From positions 25,881 through 89,880 of the forward strand of contig JAUHYZ010000007.1 in assembly GCA_030426245.1 (NCBI GenBank): a stretch of 64,000 nt of DNA. The letters run 5' to 3'. Origin of the DNA: Alphaproteobacteria bacterium (GTDB taxonomy: Bacteria > Pseudomonadota > Alphaproteobacteria > Sphingomonadales > Sphingomonadaceae). The notes beneath the pieces were generated by a model. It had not been told where the DNA came from and searched no databases. It worked only from the letters and a program-made list of their open reading frames with translations. How positions within the stretch are numbered: position 1 is the stretch's first letter; the number at the start of each line of letters is the position of its first letter. Positions 39,117-49,239 of this stretch are shown here, in pieces. Position numbers and translations under genes: made by a program.

Positions 39117-40382
39117 TTACGCGAAGATTCCACCGCTATTGCTGCTCCGAAAATGCTGGCCTTCGCTGCGGAGCTGTTCATCGGAAGGTTCGGCCTGCGG
39201 ATCGCCGAAAGCGAGATCTCCAGACAAGGTGCCATCGCCGGCGGAACCATGGGTGCCGCCCCGTTGATCGCCGGTACCGGCGCTCGCCATGAACTGCTGC
39301 GGGTCGCCATCGTCCTGACCATTGTGAAGAGCCCCATCGCCCTTGCCCGAACTATCGGCGGGCAAAGCGGCCGAAACCGAGCGGGCAAATTCCGGATCCG
39401 CATTGGCGAGCGACACTTGCAGGTTTCCGCCGTCATGGCTGAAGCGCATCGTCACCGTTCCAAAGTCACTATGCATGACTGAGAGATTTCCCGACGCCGC
39501 CCGGCCGCTGTCGCGGGCCTCGACAAGCCGGTCGACCAGGGCAGCGAAATCATGCGGCCTGACGGCCTGGGGCTGATTGATTGAATGCGCGCCCGCCTTG
39601 CCGGAAGTGTCGGCTCCGGAAACGTCCGCAATCTGGGCAACGGCAATGCTCTGGCCGTTCGCCTGAGAGGGCGAGCTTCCTGAGCTTGCGCGAAGCGCCG
39701 CCAGTTCGGCACCTTCGGACAGCTTCGGCTTGCTGGCTGCTTCGATCGCGACATCGGCCTTGGCCGTTCTTATCTGCGGCTCCTCGCGGCGCAGCGCCTT
39801 CTGCCCAAAGGGCTGTGCCTGGGCCATTTCGGCCTGCTCGCCTGCTTCTGCCGGTGCTGCCGGTTGCGAAGCTGGTTTCGCATGGGCGGCGAGATCAATT
39901 TTGTGTTCGGCGCGCCATTTGGCTTCAGCGAGCGTAACGCCCGGCTTTCCGGCCTTGCCGGTCTGCTGCGGATCGCCTTCGGCCTCACCTTCGCCAGTCG
40001 CGGGCTTCCCCCCCGCAGGCGCCGCGATCATCGCAATCACCGTGCCTATCGACTTTGCTGCGATGCCATCTGGACTTTCCGCCGCTTCGGCGCCTGTCTC
40101 TTTGATCGGTTCAGCCGGCTCTTCCTTGCCAACGACGGAGCGGCCCTCAATCGCAGCCGATTTGCCCTTCGCCGAAGCAGCCGCCTTGACGGCCGCGATA
40201 TCGAGCGGCAACTGAACCGGCAAATCCTTGCCGCCCCCCGGCAAACCTTCGCCTCGCGGGCTGCCGGTCTTGCCCTCAACACCCTTCAGGAACTTGCTGA
40301 ACTCGCCATCGGATGGCGCAGAAACGCCAGCTATTGCGGGCGTTTCGGGAGTTGAGCCAGAGAGGGACGCAAGCTGAATCAT
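39117..40382 (-). CDS. fliK: Hook-length control protein FliK-like
   Basis: Low-complexity Ala/Pro/Glu-rich N-terminus, C-terminal 'DFGTVTMRF...LQVSL' domain; follows fliJ. Confidence 0.6.
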   Translation of the reverse strand: MIQLASLSGSTPETPAIAGVSAPSDGEFSKFLKGVEGKTGSPRGEGLPGGGKDLPVQLPLDIAAVKAAASAKGKSAAIEGRSVVGKEEPAEPIKETGAEAAESPDGIAAKSIGTVIAMIAAPAGGKPATGEGEAEGDPQQTGKAGKPGVTLAEAKWRAEHKIDLAAHAKPASQPAAPAEAGEQAEMAQAQPFGQKALRREEPQIRTAKADVAIEAASKPKLSEGAELAALRASSGSSPSQANGQSIAVAQIADVSGADTSGKAGAHSINQPQAVRPHDFAALVDRLVEARDSGRAASGNLSVMHSDFGTVTMRFSHDGGNLQVSLANADPEFARSVSAALPADSSGKGDGALHNGQDDGDPQQFMASAGTGDQRGGTHGSAGDGTLSGDLAFGDPQAEPSDEQLRSEGQHFRSSNSGGIFA

Positions 40383-40410
40383 ATGAACCTCGAATTGCAA
40401 TCGAAGTCAT

Positions 40411-40836
40411 CTATTCAAGTTCTGTGCCAACTCGCTTTCGGGTGCTGCGAGCTTCGGTTTCCTCTCGCAATCCGATCATTCGCTCTTCGCGCACCAGCTG
40501 CTGCTCGACCGCGGCCCTGCGGCGTTCTGCAGCGGCAAGCTCGCCCATCTTGCGATCGGCATGCCCTTTTGCATTGGCTGCGTCATGGCCCGATGACCGC
40601 ACGATCTCGCACAGACCCGCGGCAAAGGCGCTGAGTTGCAACAGGGAATATCCATCCGCCGGATCCCGGCGGGAAACGTACTCGTCCGCCAGTTCCCGCG
40701 TCCGTTCCGTCAATGCATTCAAATTCGCCAGAATGCCTTCGGCCTCGGCAGTTTCTGCAGCCAGTTGCCGCTTGGCAACCGCGCGAATACGCTCAAGCCG
40801 CTTGAACCTGGATATTCGGCGCTGCTCAGGCGTCAT
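40411..40836 (-). CDS. fliJ: FliJ-like coiled-coil protein
   Basis: 141-aa coiled coil immediately after fliI. Confidence 0.6.
   Translation of the reverse strand: MTPEQRRISRFKRLERIRAVAKRQLAAETAEAEGILANLNALTERTRELADEYVSRRDPADGYSLLQLSAFAAGLCEIVRSSGHDAANAKGHADRKMGELAAAERRRAAVEQQLVREERMIGLREETEARSTRKRVGTELE
40414..40429 (-). promoter_or_regulatory. sigma54 promoter of the fliK-flhB operon (inside the fliJ 3' end)
   Basis: TGGCAC-AGAAC-TTGAA. Confidence 0.7.
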
Positions 40837-42157
40837 CGCTGAACAGGTTCCTCAAATCCGAGACACTCTGAACGAAGGAGCAGCGCTCCTTCACATCTTG
40901 GCTGAGATATTCGACGAGCGCCTGATGCTTCTCAATCGCCTGGTCGAGCTGCGCATCCGCTCCCGCGCGGTAGGCCCCCATCAAGACGAGATCGCGATTG
41001 GCCTCGTAGCTGGCCATCAAGCCGCGGAAGGATTTCGCCAGCGCCAGATGCTCCGGATCGACGATATCCGCCATGACGCGGCTGAGAGAGGCGCCGATAT
41101 CAATGGCTGGATACTGGCCGCGCTGCGCAATGTCGCGCGACAAGACGATATGGCCGTCCAGAATGGAGCGCGCCGTATCGACCACGGGATCGTCCTGATT
41201 GTCGCCATCTGCCAGCACCGTATACAAGCCCGTAATCGAACCACCGCTCTGCCCCGAATTGCCCGCCCGCTCGACCAGCTTAGTGATCGTGGAGAGCGCA
41301 GACGGCGGATATCCGCGGGCGGCACCGGGCTCGCCTAAGAGCAGCGCAATCTCGCGCGCGGCATGCGCAACGCGCGTCAGGCTATCCATGATCAGCAGCA
41401 CCCGTTTGCCTTGGCTGCGGAAATATTCCGCAAGACAGGTGGCGAACAGAGCCCCACGCAGGCGCAGATTGGGCGCATAGTCCGCCGGCACAGCCACAAC
41501 GATGGTGCGATCGCGTGTCTTCCCGGCCATGTGTTTTTCCACGAAGTCGGACACTTCGCGCGCACGCTCGCCAATCAGGCCGGCGATGACGACATCTGCT
41601 TGCGCGCCCTTTGCGATCATGTCGATCAGCACCGATTTTCCGACGCCGGACCCGGCCATCACGCCAACGCGCTGCCCCACGCCGAATGTCGTCAGGCCGT
41701 TCAGTGCGCGAATGCCTGTATCGAACGTCTCCCGCACCCGCGTCCGGTCCAAAGCTCCGACCCGCACGCCGCCAACCGGCCATTGCTCTGCAGTCCGAAC
41801 GGGCTCGCGCCCGTCGAGAGGTTTGCCCTCGCCGTCCACTGCGCGGCCAAGAAAACGTTCCCCGACCTTCACAAAGCCGGGAGCGCCGCCAAGGCCGACC
41901 CGCGATCCGGGTCTCAGGGACACGGCATCACCCAGGAGCATCATCATGGTCTTGCCGTTGCGGAAGCCGATCACTTCAGCCTTCAGCGGATCGCGCCTGC
42001 CATGTTGCACATGACAAAGCGCGCCAACGGGAGCCGAAAGACCGCTTACCTCCAGCAGTCCGCCATCGCAGGCCGAAACCAGCCCGTATCGCCTGAAGCC
42101 CAAATCGAGGGGGTCGGCAGGCAGATTGGCGACAACCGTTTCAAAGCGGCTGATCAC
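40826..42157 (-). CDS. fliI: Export ATPase
   Basis: AGSGVGKS, IGERAREV, MDSLTR, DGHIVL, YPAID. Confidence 0.97.
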   Translation of the reverse strand: MISRFETVVANLPADPLDLGFRRYGLVSACDGGLLEVSGLSAPVGALCHVQHGRRDPLKAEVIGFRNGKTMMMLLGDAVSLRPGSRVGLGGAPGFVKVGERFLGRAVDGEGKPLDGREPVRTAEQWPVGGVRVGALDRTRVRETFDTGIRALNGLTTFGVGQRVGVMAGSGVGKSVLIDMIAKGAQADVVIAGLIGERAREVSDFVEKHMAGKTRDRTIVVAVPADYAPNLRLRGALFATCLAEYFRSQGKRVLLIMDSLTRVAHAAREIALLLGEPGAARGYPPSALSTITKLVERAGNSGQSGGSITGLYTVLADGDNQDDPVVDTARSILDGHIVLSRDIAQRGQYPAIDIGASLSRVMADIVDPEHLALAKSFRGLMASYEANRDLVLMGAYRAGADAQLDQAIEKHQALVEYLSQDVKERCSFVQSVSDLRNLFSDDA

Positions 42158-42711
42158 AGCGACAGCGCTTCTTCAAGCACACGGCGCCATTGCTCCGGGC
42201 CGTCTTCCACCCCGCCTTCGGCAGTTTCGATGCGGATTTCACCGCGTGTCATGGATGGATCGGTTTCGATATTGAGGTTGTCCGGCAACCGGTCGGAAAT
42301 GAGATTCATATCGTCTGGATGAAGGCGCAGCACACGTTCATCCTCAGCCCGACGTAGCGCGGACAATGCTTTATGGACGCGGCCCGCCAAGGCATCGGGA
42401 TCCTGCGTGAGCGGCGCCAGCGCTTGTTCGCACAGGGCCATCACCGTCTCGCGAAGCCGTTCTTCCAACCGCAATCCCTCGGCTTCGGCAAGCCGCGCGA
42501 ACGCAGTCTCAATCCGCCCTCTTGCCGCGTCGAGCTCCACCGCTTCCGCCCTTGCCTGCTCGGTCGCCGCTTCGAAGCCCTTGGCGTAGCCTTCATCATA
42601 GGCTTCTTCGCTCGGTGTCCGGCTCAGCGAGGCATCAGTGCTGGTGCCGAAGCGCGTGTCGTGCCTGAAGCCGCTGCTCGGCGCGAACAGTGAATTCGGA
42701 AGGCTAGACAT
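42154..42711 (-). CDS. fliH: FliH
   Basis: AYDEGY..G, LHPDD, D.S..RG. Confidence 0.88.
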   Translation of the reverse strand: MSSLPNSLFAPSSGFRHDTRFGTSTDASLSRTPSEEAYDEGYAKGFEAATEQARAEAVELDAARGRIETAFARLAEAEGLRLEERLRETVMALCEQALAPLTQDPDALAGRVHKALSALRRAEDERVLRLHPDDMNLISDRLPDNLNIETDPSMTRGEIRIETAEGGVEDGPEQWRRVLEEALSL

Positions 42712-43711
42712 AATCGTCATCCTCGCCGAAGGAAATGACACCCTCGGCAGAGAGGCGGCGGGCAACTTCTATCATGGCCTTTTGAGCCGCTTCGACCTCT
42801 GCAAGCTTGATGCGTTTGCGCGCCTCGATTTCGTCCCGGACGCCATCCGCGGCACGCGCTGACATGGCGGAGAAGAAGCAGTCACGCTGCGTATCGCCCA
42901 GGCCCTTAAGCGCATCGACCAGTGTTTCACTGTCAACTTCGCGCAGCAGCGAACCCATGCTCTGCGTATCGAGAGTAAAGAGATGTTCGAAGCGGAACAT
43001 TTCGGCTTCGATCTGTTTGGCAAGCGCACGATTGGCCTTGGTCAGGCTCGACATGATCTGCTTTTCGGCAGCCTTGCCAGACTTGTTGATGATCTCCGCC
43101 GCATTGGCCGGCCCGCCGAGTTGCAAGGGCAAGCTGCCATGCGTTTCCATAATCTTCTGTTCCAGGACTTCCTCGAGCATAGCCAGGGCTTCGACTGAAA
43201 TGCCGCCAAGCGTCGCGATCCGGTGAACCACTTCCGATTGCGATTCTGCTGGTAGCCCATGCAGAACCCGTGCCGCGACTTCAGGATCGAGTTGAATCAG
43301 AAGCACGGCGATTGCCTGGGGATGTTCCCCTTCGACCAGCGTCACCAGGGTTTCTGCATCGAGCCATTTGGCCAATTCGACATAGGATTGCTTGCGGTTC
43401 TGTGCCGGCATGATGGAGCGCATCAGATTGCCGGCTTTCACTTCGCCAACCGCGCCCGTCATCAAGGATTGGACCTGCCGCGCGCGATCGGCCGCGGGCA
43501 TGCCGTCCTGTTCGGTCCGCCCCAGAAAGTCGGACACAGTCTGCGCAATCGCTTTCGGGTCGATTTCACCCAAACCGCACATGCGTTCACCCAGAAGCTT
43601 GAGCTCATCCGGCTCCAGCTCTCCCAGGATTTGCTGCGCCTGACCTTCGTCCAGCAGCATGATCATGATTGCGGCACGTGCCGCGTTATCGAGGTCCATT
43701 GCAGTCGCCAT
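42704..43711 (-). CDS. fliG: Rotor protein
   Basis: EHPQ, GG...AAEI, MF.FE.L, MS.RAA. Confidence 0.95.
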   Translation of the reverse strand: MATAMDLDNAARAAIMIMLLDEGQAQQILGELEPDELKLLGERMCGLGEIDPKAIAQTVSDFLGRTEQDGMPAADRARQVQSLMTGAVGEVKAGNLMRSIMPAQNRKQSYVELAKWLDAETLVTLVEGEHPQAIAVLLIQLDPEVAARVLHGLPAESQSEVVHRIATLGGISVEALAMLEEVLEQKIMETHGSLPLQLGGPANAAEIINKSGKAAEKQIMSSLTKANRALAKQIEAEMFRFEHLFTLDTQSMGSLLREVDSETLVDALKGLGDTQRDCFFSAMSARAADGVRDEIEARKRIKLAEVEAAQKAMIEVARRLSAEGVISFGEDDDYV

Positions 43712-43713
43712 GG

Positions 43714-45363
43714 CTACGCTCCTCTTGGCTGATTCAGCATCTGCCGGATCGCCACAACGGCTCGGTCCGGTCGTTCCTCGGCGAATTTCTGCGCTGCCCC
43801 GACCTGCCTGTTCAACATCGACCTGTCGATCGCATCGTGCGATGGCAGCAGAGTGTTATCCTGCGCCTGGCCGCTCGCGCCTTCGATCAGCGCCGCCGGT
43901 TCCCGCCCGGAAGAACCAGGTCTGAAACTGCGCAAGACCTTCAGCAGCGGACGAACTGCGAGTAACAGAACCAGCAGGAGGCCGAGCAATGTGACGCCGT
44001 AGCGCACCATGCTGGCGAACCAGCCGGTCTCATAGAACGGGATCTCTTCATATTCGGTTGCCGCGAAGGAGCGGACCACCACTTCCACCTGATCGCCGCG
44101 TTCCGAATTGGCGCCAACTGCAGCGCTGACCAGCGACTTGATACTTTCAACGTCTGCCTTCGCGCCCTTTTTCATTGCCTCTGCGCTAAGCGCAACAGCG
44201 ACGGACATGCGCTTCACAGCTCCGCCGCCAGTATTGATGACGGCGACTTCGCGTCCAACTTCATAGCTACGCGATGCGCGGGACTGGCCCACCGGCGATA
44301 CGGCCGCATTGGGTTCGTCTTGCGCGCTCTGCACTTCGTTATCCTGCGGCTGCGGCTCTTGCGCCTCTCCGGCAGCAGGCGGCGTGTTGGAGAGCATCCC
44401 GGGAACACCCACGGCGGCACCGCCAGACTTGGCGCGGGACATTTCTTCAGTTTCCTGGCGGACAACGCCTTGTTTGTCGAAACTCTCCCGCGCCGTGGTT
44501 CGTTCCTCCATATCGAGTTCCACCTGGACCTCGCTGGAGAAGTTACCGACGCCCAGAACCGGTGTCAGCAGTTGATTGACTTGTGCGCGCAGCTTGTCTT
44601 CCATCTGGGCCTGTAGATCGAGCGAAGTCGTCTTTGCATTGCTCCGCTGCGAAAGCAGTTGCCCATGTTGATCGACAATGCGGACATTTTCCACCGGCAT
44701 GCCGGAAACCGAACTGGCCACCAGATTGGCGATCGCGACGACCTGCGAATCCGAAAGTTGCCGGCCCTTGGCAAGCCGCAGCATGACCGAGGCCGATGGC
44801 GGGGAATCGTCTCTGACGAAGACGGACTGCTCCGGCTCCGCCAAATGCACCCTCACTGCCTCCACAGCGTCGATTTCCTTGATCGTGAGCGTCAACTCGC
44901 GAACGCGGGCGGCCCGCACACGCTCTCCCTCAAGCGTCCGGCTCGCGCCGAGCGGCAAGGTATCGAGCAGCTCGATGCCGCTTTCCGGCGTTGCCAGCGC
45001 GCCATCCGACGCCACGATCATCCGTGCCTGATAGAGATCCTCTTCATTGACGGTGAGAGCGCCGGTATTGCTGTTGATCCGGTATGGGATGGACGCCTTT
45101 TCCAGCGCACTGACAACATCGGCGCGCTGCGCATCGTCCAGCTGACTATAAAGCGTCCTTTGCGGCGGAGTGGAAAGCACCGAATAGGTCAGCGCCAATG
45201 CGCCAATCGCCGCGACACCGCTGAACCAGGGCAATGCGCGGCGTATAGCTGCCTGGCCGGTGAAGCCGCGCAGCATGTTGAGGGCGCTTCCGCCGGGATT
45301 GGCGGAAAAGCCTGACATGGGCTGTGCAACTGCGCCTTGCTGCGCGGGAACGAGTTCAGCCAT
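43714..45363 (-). CDS. fliF: MS-ring protein
   Basis: RVHLA, PSASV.L, LVASSV, RGDQV; two TM segments. Confidence 0.96.
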   Translation of the reverse strand: MAELVPAQQGAVAQPMSGFSANPGGSALNMLRGFTGQAAIRRALPWFSGVAAIGALALTYSVLSTPPQRTLYSQLDDAQRADVVSALEKASIPYRINSNTGALTVNEEDLYQARMIVASDGALATPESGIELLDTLPLGASRTLEGERVRAARVRELTLTIKEIDAVEAVRVHLAEPEQSVFVRDDSPPSASVMLRLAKGRQLSDSQVVAIANLVASSVSGMPVENVRIVDQHGQLLSQRSNAKTTSLDLQAQMEDKLRAQVNQLLTPVLGVGNFSSEVQVELDMEERTTARESFDKQGVVRQETEEMSRAKSGGAAVGVPGMLSNTPPAAGEAQEPQPQDNEVQSAQDEPNAAVSPVGQSRASRSYEVGREVAVINTGGGAVKRMSVAVALSAEAMKKGAKADVESIKSLVSAAVGANSERGDQVEVVVRSFAATEYEEIPFYETGWFASMVRYGVTLLGLLLVLLLAVRPLLKVLRSFRPGSSGREPAALIEGASGQAQDNTLLPSHDAIDRSMLNRQVGAAQKFAEERPDRAVVAIRQMLNQPRGA

Positions 45364-45366
45364 CTA

Positions 45367-45732
45367 TCAGACCCCCATCCTCATGATGTCCTGATATGCG
45401 GAAAGCAGCTTGTTCCTGACCTGCAAGGTCGCCTCGAAAGCAAGGCCGGCCTCCTGCCGGGCCAGCATGACCTTTGCGATGTCGGTGACTTCGCCCTTTT
45501 CGTATCCTTCCGTCAGCGCCTGAGCATTCGCCTGCGTCTGACTGACTTTGTCGAGTGCGGCGGTCAGGTTCTCCGCAAAGCCGCCATTGGAGACGGCGGA
45601 GGAGCCCTCGGAAGCCTCTACCTTCGGATCCTTCAGCTGTTGAAGGACCTGCGATTGATCGATGATCTGCTGGCGCATCGCGATGATATCGCGCACGCCT
45701 GCAGCGCCGGAGTTGGAGTTTACGGGGTTCAT
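45367..45732 (-). CDS. fliE: FliE
   Basis: QVRNKLLSAYQDIMRM. Confidence 0.95.
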   Translation of the reverse strand: MNPVNSNSGAAGVRDIIAMRQQIIDQSQVLQQLKDPKVEASEGSSAVSNGGFAENLTAALDKVSQTQANAQALTEGYEKGEVTDIAKVMLARQEAGLAFEATLQVRNKLLSAYQDIMRMGV

Positions 45733-45734
45733 CG

Positions 45735-46973
45735 TCAGCCTCCTGCGATCGCGATGCCCGCATCCCGGAAGGATGCCAGGCGATAGCGCAATGTCCGCTC
45801 AGAAATGCCCAGTTCCTTGGCTGCGGAAGCGCGATGGCCACCGCATGCTTCGAGGGTCGCCATAATGGCGCGGGCCTCGGATATCTGCACGATATTGGAA
45901 AGTTTGCCGCGCTCCTGCTCTTCGGTGGCAGCGGGCTCTGCAACCCGTGCGGCCTTGTCGAAAACGATATGCTGCGGTGTGACGGTGTCTTCGCCGCGCG
46001 AGAGGAGCAAGGCGCGCCGGATGACATTTTCCAGCTCGCGGATATTGCCGGGCCAGCTGTGAGCCTTGAGCGCTTCCAACGCCATTTCGGAGATCCAGGG
46101 GGCCGCCTGCCCTTCCGGGCAGTGGCGCTGCAGCAGGGCAAATGCTAGTGCTGGAATATCCTGCGGGCGCTCGCGCAATGCGCGCAAGGTCAGCGGGAAC
46201 ACGTTGAGCCTATAATAGAGGTCTGCGCGGAACCGGCCCTCTTCGACTTCAAGCGGGAGATCGCGATTAGCGCAAGCGATGATGCGTACATCCACCTTGA
46301 TCGGGCGAGTTGCTCCGATCGGGACGACTTCACCTTCCTGCAGAGCGCGCAGGAGCTTGGCCTGCAAAGCCAGAGGCATCTCTGCGATCTCGTCCAGCAG
46401 CAGGGTGCCGCCATCGGCGGCCCGGAAAAACCCTTCGCCCGTAGAACTTGCGCCGGTAAAGGCGCCTTTTTCATGACCGAAGAGCATAGCCTCCAGCATG
46501 CTTTCGGGCATCGCCGCGCAATTGACGGCAATGAACTGACCCTTTCGCCTGTTGCTGCGCTCATGGATGAAACGCGACAGAACTTCCTTGCCGGTGCCCG
46601 TGGGGCCGGCGATCAGGACCGGAATTTCGCTTGTCGCCAGCTTGTCGGCCAGCGCGAGGATCGAGAGGCTTTCAGGATCCACGGCAATGGGCATCCCGGG
46701 GCGCGTTGCCGCCGCGACTGCTGCCGCCAGGGTCGCCTCTTCCATTGCGTCGAAATAGTGGAGCTGCAGCCCCCGGCCTTCATCCAGCCTTACGATTTCG
46801 GACTTGGTCGAGGCGCAGAGGTAGAGGTTTGAACCTGCCGCCAGAGGTTCTTCGCCTCGATCCAGAATGGCGAGACCTTCATGCGCGACGCCGGCGCAAA
46901 GGATGGCCGACAACCGGTTGATCAAACTGCCATGCGCCGACCGTGCATTTTCAGATACCTGCATAGCGAACAT
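45735..46973 (-). CDS. sigma54-dependent flagellar activator (FleQ/FleT-like AAA+ with HTH)
   Basis: GPTGTGKE, intact GAFTGA, LLDEI, RADLYYRL, WPGNIREL, LGISERTLRY. Confidence 0.92.
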   Translation of the reverse strand: MFAMQVSENARSAHGSLINRLSAILCAGVAHEGLAILDRGEEPLAAGSNLYLCASTKSEIVRLDEGRGLQLHYFDAMEEATLAAAVAAATRPGMPIAVDPESLSILALADKLATSEIPVLIAGPTGTGKEVLSRFIHERSNRRKGQFIAVNCAAMPESMLEAMLFGHEKGAFTGASSTGEGFFRAADGGTLLLDEIAEMPLALQAKLLRALQEGEVVPIGATRPIKVDVRIIACANRDLPLEVEEGRFRADLYYRLNVFPLTLRALRERPQDIPALAFALLQRHCPEGQAAPWISEMALEALKAHSWPGNIRELENVIRRALLLSRGEDTVTPQHIVFDKAARVAEPAATEEQERGKLSNIVQISEARAIMATLEACGGHRASAAKELGISERTLRYRLASFRDAGIAIAGG

Positions 46974-47113
46974 TTCGCTGCCCCCACATTAACCATAAGC
47001 GGTGGAGCCATTTGCTCGCTTCATGAGAAATGCCCGCTTAATTCCACGCACCGGAAAACTACGGTGTCCCAGCGCATTTCTGCCGATTATCCAAAAGAAT
47101 TTTGCTTCTGGGC

Positions 47114-47140
47114 TAAAATTTTCTGGCTTCTGACCGCCTT
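47114..47140 (+). promoter_or_regulatory. Possible sigma28 promoter of fliC
   Basis: TAAA-N15-ACCGCCTT; weaker match than those of flgM and the DGC. Confidence 0.35.
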
Positions 47141-47209
47141 GGTCTGTGGCAGCTGCCAAACCATATCAATGTCGCAGCGGCTGATAACGAAGACTTAGGA
47201 GACAGGAAA

Positions 47210-48019
47210 ATGTCGGTAATCAATTCAAACATCAGTGCGCTGCGTGCAAGTAATGCTTCCACTGCAGCTGAGAAAATGCTCGGTTCCGCAATGGAACGTC
47301 TTTCCACCGGCAAGCGCATCAATAGCGCCAAGGACGACGCCGCCGGCCTCGCCATCGCAACAAGCATGACTTCGCAGGTTCGCGGTATGAACCAGGCCAT
47401 CCGTAACGCCAATGACGGCATTTCGCTGGCTCAGACGGCGGAAGGCGCGCTGAACGAAGTCACCAACATGCTGCAGCGTATCCGCGAACTGGCCGTTCAG
47501 AGTGCCAGTGGCACCTACTCGGCTGAAGACCGCACCAACCTGCAGACGGAAGTTGCCGAACTGGGCGCCCAGATCGACGACATCATTGCAAACACGACGT
47601 TCAATGACGTTACGGTGTTCGGTGGAACCGACGTGACGATCACGATCCAGACCGGTTCGGGCGCGACCGATCAGGTCGACCTCGTGATCACCGGCCTTGA
47701 CGTTTCGTCGGCTTCCGCTTCCGACGTTTCGACCTCTGGCGGTGCTACCACTGCTCTGGGCAACGTCGACACCGCTCTTGACGCCGTGGGCACGACCCGT
47801 GCGTCGCTCGGTGCCGGCCAGAGTCGTCTGGAATCTGTTGTGAACAACCTGACCAACAACGTCACCAACCTGTCCGAAGCCCGTTCGCGCATCGAAGATG
47901 CCGACTATTCGGCAGAATCCACGAAGCTGGCCAAGGCACAGATCCTGAGCCAGGCTTCCACGGCAATGTTGGCCCAGGCCAACCAGAGCCAGCAGAACGT
48001 TCTCTCGCTGCTCCGCTAA
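47210..48019 (+). CDS. fliC: Flagellin (minimal, 269 aa)
   Basis: [34 protein letters not shown]. Confidence 0.97.
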   Translation: MSVINSNISALRASNASTAAEKMLGSAMERLSTGKRINSAKDDAAGLAIATSMTSQVRGMNQAIRNANDGISLAQTAEGALNEVTNMLQRIRELAVQSASGTYSAEDRTNLQTEVAELGAQIDDIIANTTFNDVTVFGGTDVTITIQTGSGATDQVDLVITGLDVSSASASDVSTSGGATTALGNVDTALDAVGTTRASLGAGQSRLESVVNNLTNNVTNLSEARSRIEDADYSAESTKLAKAQILSQASTAMLAQANQSQQNVLSLLR

Positions 48020-48057
48020 TAACGAATAGCAGAAAACCGTCTCCAAATGGGGGGACG

Positions 48058-48096
48058 AATGCCCGGTGGTCTACCGTCCGACCGCCGGGCATTTTG
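48058..48096 (+). terminator. Intrinsic terminator after fliC
   Basis: AATGCCCGGTGGTC-loop-GACCGCCGGGCATT-TTG. Confidence 0.75.
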
Positions 48097-48334
48097 CTTA
48101 TGCCAAGAGGAAAAAGCACTCCATAAACGCGCAGATACGGTTTGCGGTTGTCAATTCCCCAGAAGGACAGACGTCATGGGAAACAACAGATAGTTGGCAG
48201 AAACCTCGATCATCGAACCGCCGCTACGCAATTTGACAACCGCCATTATGTAAAATCGCTGTCGCGCTCGATTTCCAAGCCCCAAGCCCACATTCCGCTC
48301 GACTTCATTGGCTTTCCGAGCATTGGTGTCCCTG

Positions 48335-48490
48335 AGGCCGCGACGCCGGATTGAGCGCGTCGCAAGGGCCCGCCCCGGCCCATCCTCGTGATACCCCGGG
48401 GCTGTGGGTGGTGGGAGCAGCCGTTGGCCCATTCGGGCCCTCTTCGAGTCCGACAGGCTCAGGAGAGCCATGGTTCTGCTCCGAACCAGG
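48335..48490 (+). ncRNA. Candidate structured RNA leader upstream of DUF3489
   Basis: Several nested stems: GCGACGC/GCGTCGC, GCCCCGG/CCGGGGC, GGAGCAG/CTGCTCC enclosing GGCCC/GGGCC and GGCTC/GAGCC. Confidence 0.4.
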
Positions 48491-48499
48491 AGACCACCC

Positions 48500-48802
48500 A
48501 TGAACGACAAGTCCGGCAAGTCCGACAATGCCACGCCAGCCAGCAAGAACGCCCGCGCCAAAGCCTCTGACACGAACAGCAAGGCAGCCACTTCCACCCC
48601 GCCCCGCTCCACCAAGATCGGCACGGTCATCGAACTGCTGCGCCGGACAGACGGCGCCACACTTGAGGAACTGACCGGTGCCACCGGCTGGCAGCCGCAT
48701 TCTGCTCGCGCCGTGCTCACCGGCCTGAGGAAGAAAGGCCATGTGATCGAGAAGTCGAAGCGCCGTGACGTGACCTGTTACCGCATCACGGAGTCTGCGT
48801 AA
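48500..48802 (+). CDS. DUF3489-family protein (winged-HTH-like)
   Basis: TKIGTVIELLRR.DGATLEEL..ATGWQPHSARAVL.GL.KKG; AGGAG RBS. Confidence 0.85.
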   Translation: MNDKSGKSDNATPASKNARAKASDTNSKAATSTPPRSTKIGTVIELLRRTDGATLEELTGATGWQPHSARAVLTGLRKKGHVIEKSKRRDVTCYRITESA

Positions 48803-49239
48803 TGGATGGCCGTTCTAGTTCCGGGATCGACCTCGAAGCCGAACTGGCCAGCCTGGAGCAGCTTGGGCTTCCCGAGCTGCGCCAGCGCTGGGCCAGACTG
48901 ACAGAAAGCCCCACCCCGCGCATCAGCGCCGCTCTACTGCGCCTTGCTTTGGCATGGGAACTGCAGGCTGCTGTCCATGGCGGACTGTCCCGGCGAAACA
49001 GCCAGACACTCGATCAGCTGGCGGCCGGCAAGACCGAGACGTCCGCCCTGCGCCCCGGCATGCGCCTCATGCGCGAATGGAACGGCACGCTTCATGTCGT
49101 GACCATCGGCGATAACGGGTCGATCAACTGGAATGGCCAGACATGGTCGTCGCTCAGCAAGATCGCCCGGGCCATCACCGGCACGCGCTGGTCGGGCCCG
49201 GCATTCTTCGGCCTCAAACAGAAGCGGGATGCGGCATGA
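48802..49239 (+). CDS. DUF2924-family protein
   Basis: LRQRW, PG.RL.REW.G..H.V, SLS.IARAITGTRWSGP.FFGL. Confidence 0.88.
   Translation: MDGRSSSGIDLEAELASLEQLGLPELRQRWARLTESPTPRISAALLRLALAWELQAAVHGGLSRRNSQTLDQLAAGKTETSALRPGMRLMREWNGTLHVVTIGDNGSINWNGQTWSSLSKIARAITGTRWSGPAFFGLKQKRDAA

Noticed and set aside
48229-48256. The dif-like site as the true chromosomal terminus
   Set aside because: KOPS-like octamer polarity does not flip across it, and the XerC arm is poor.
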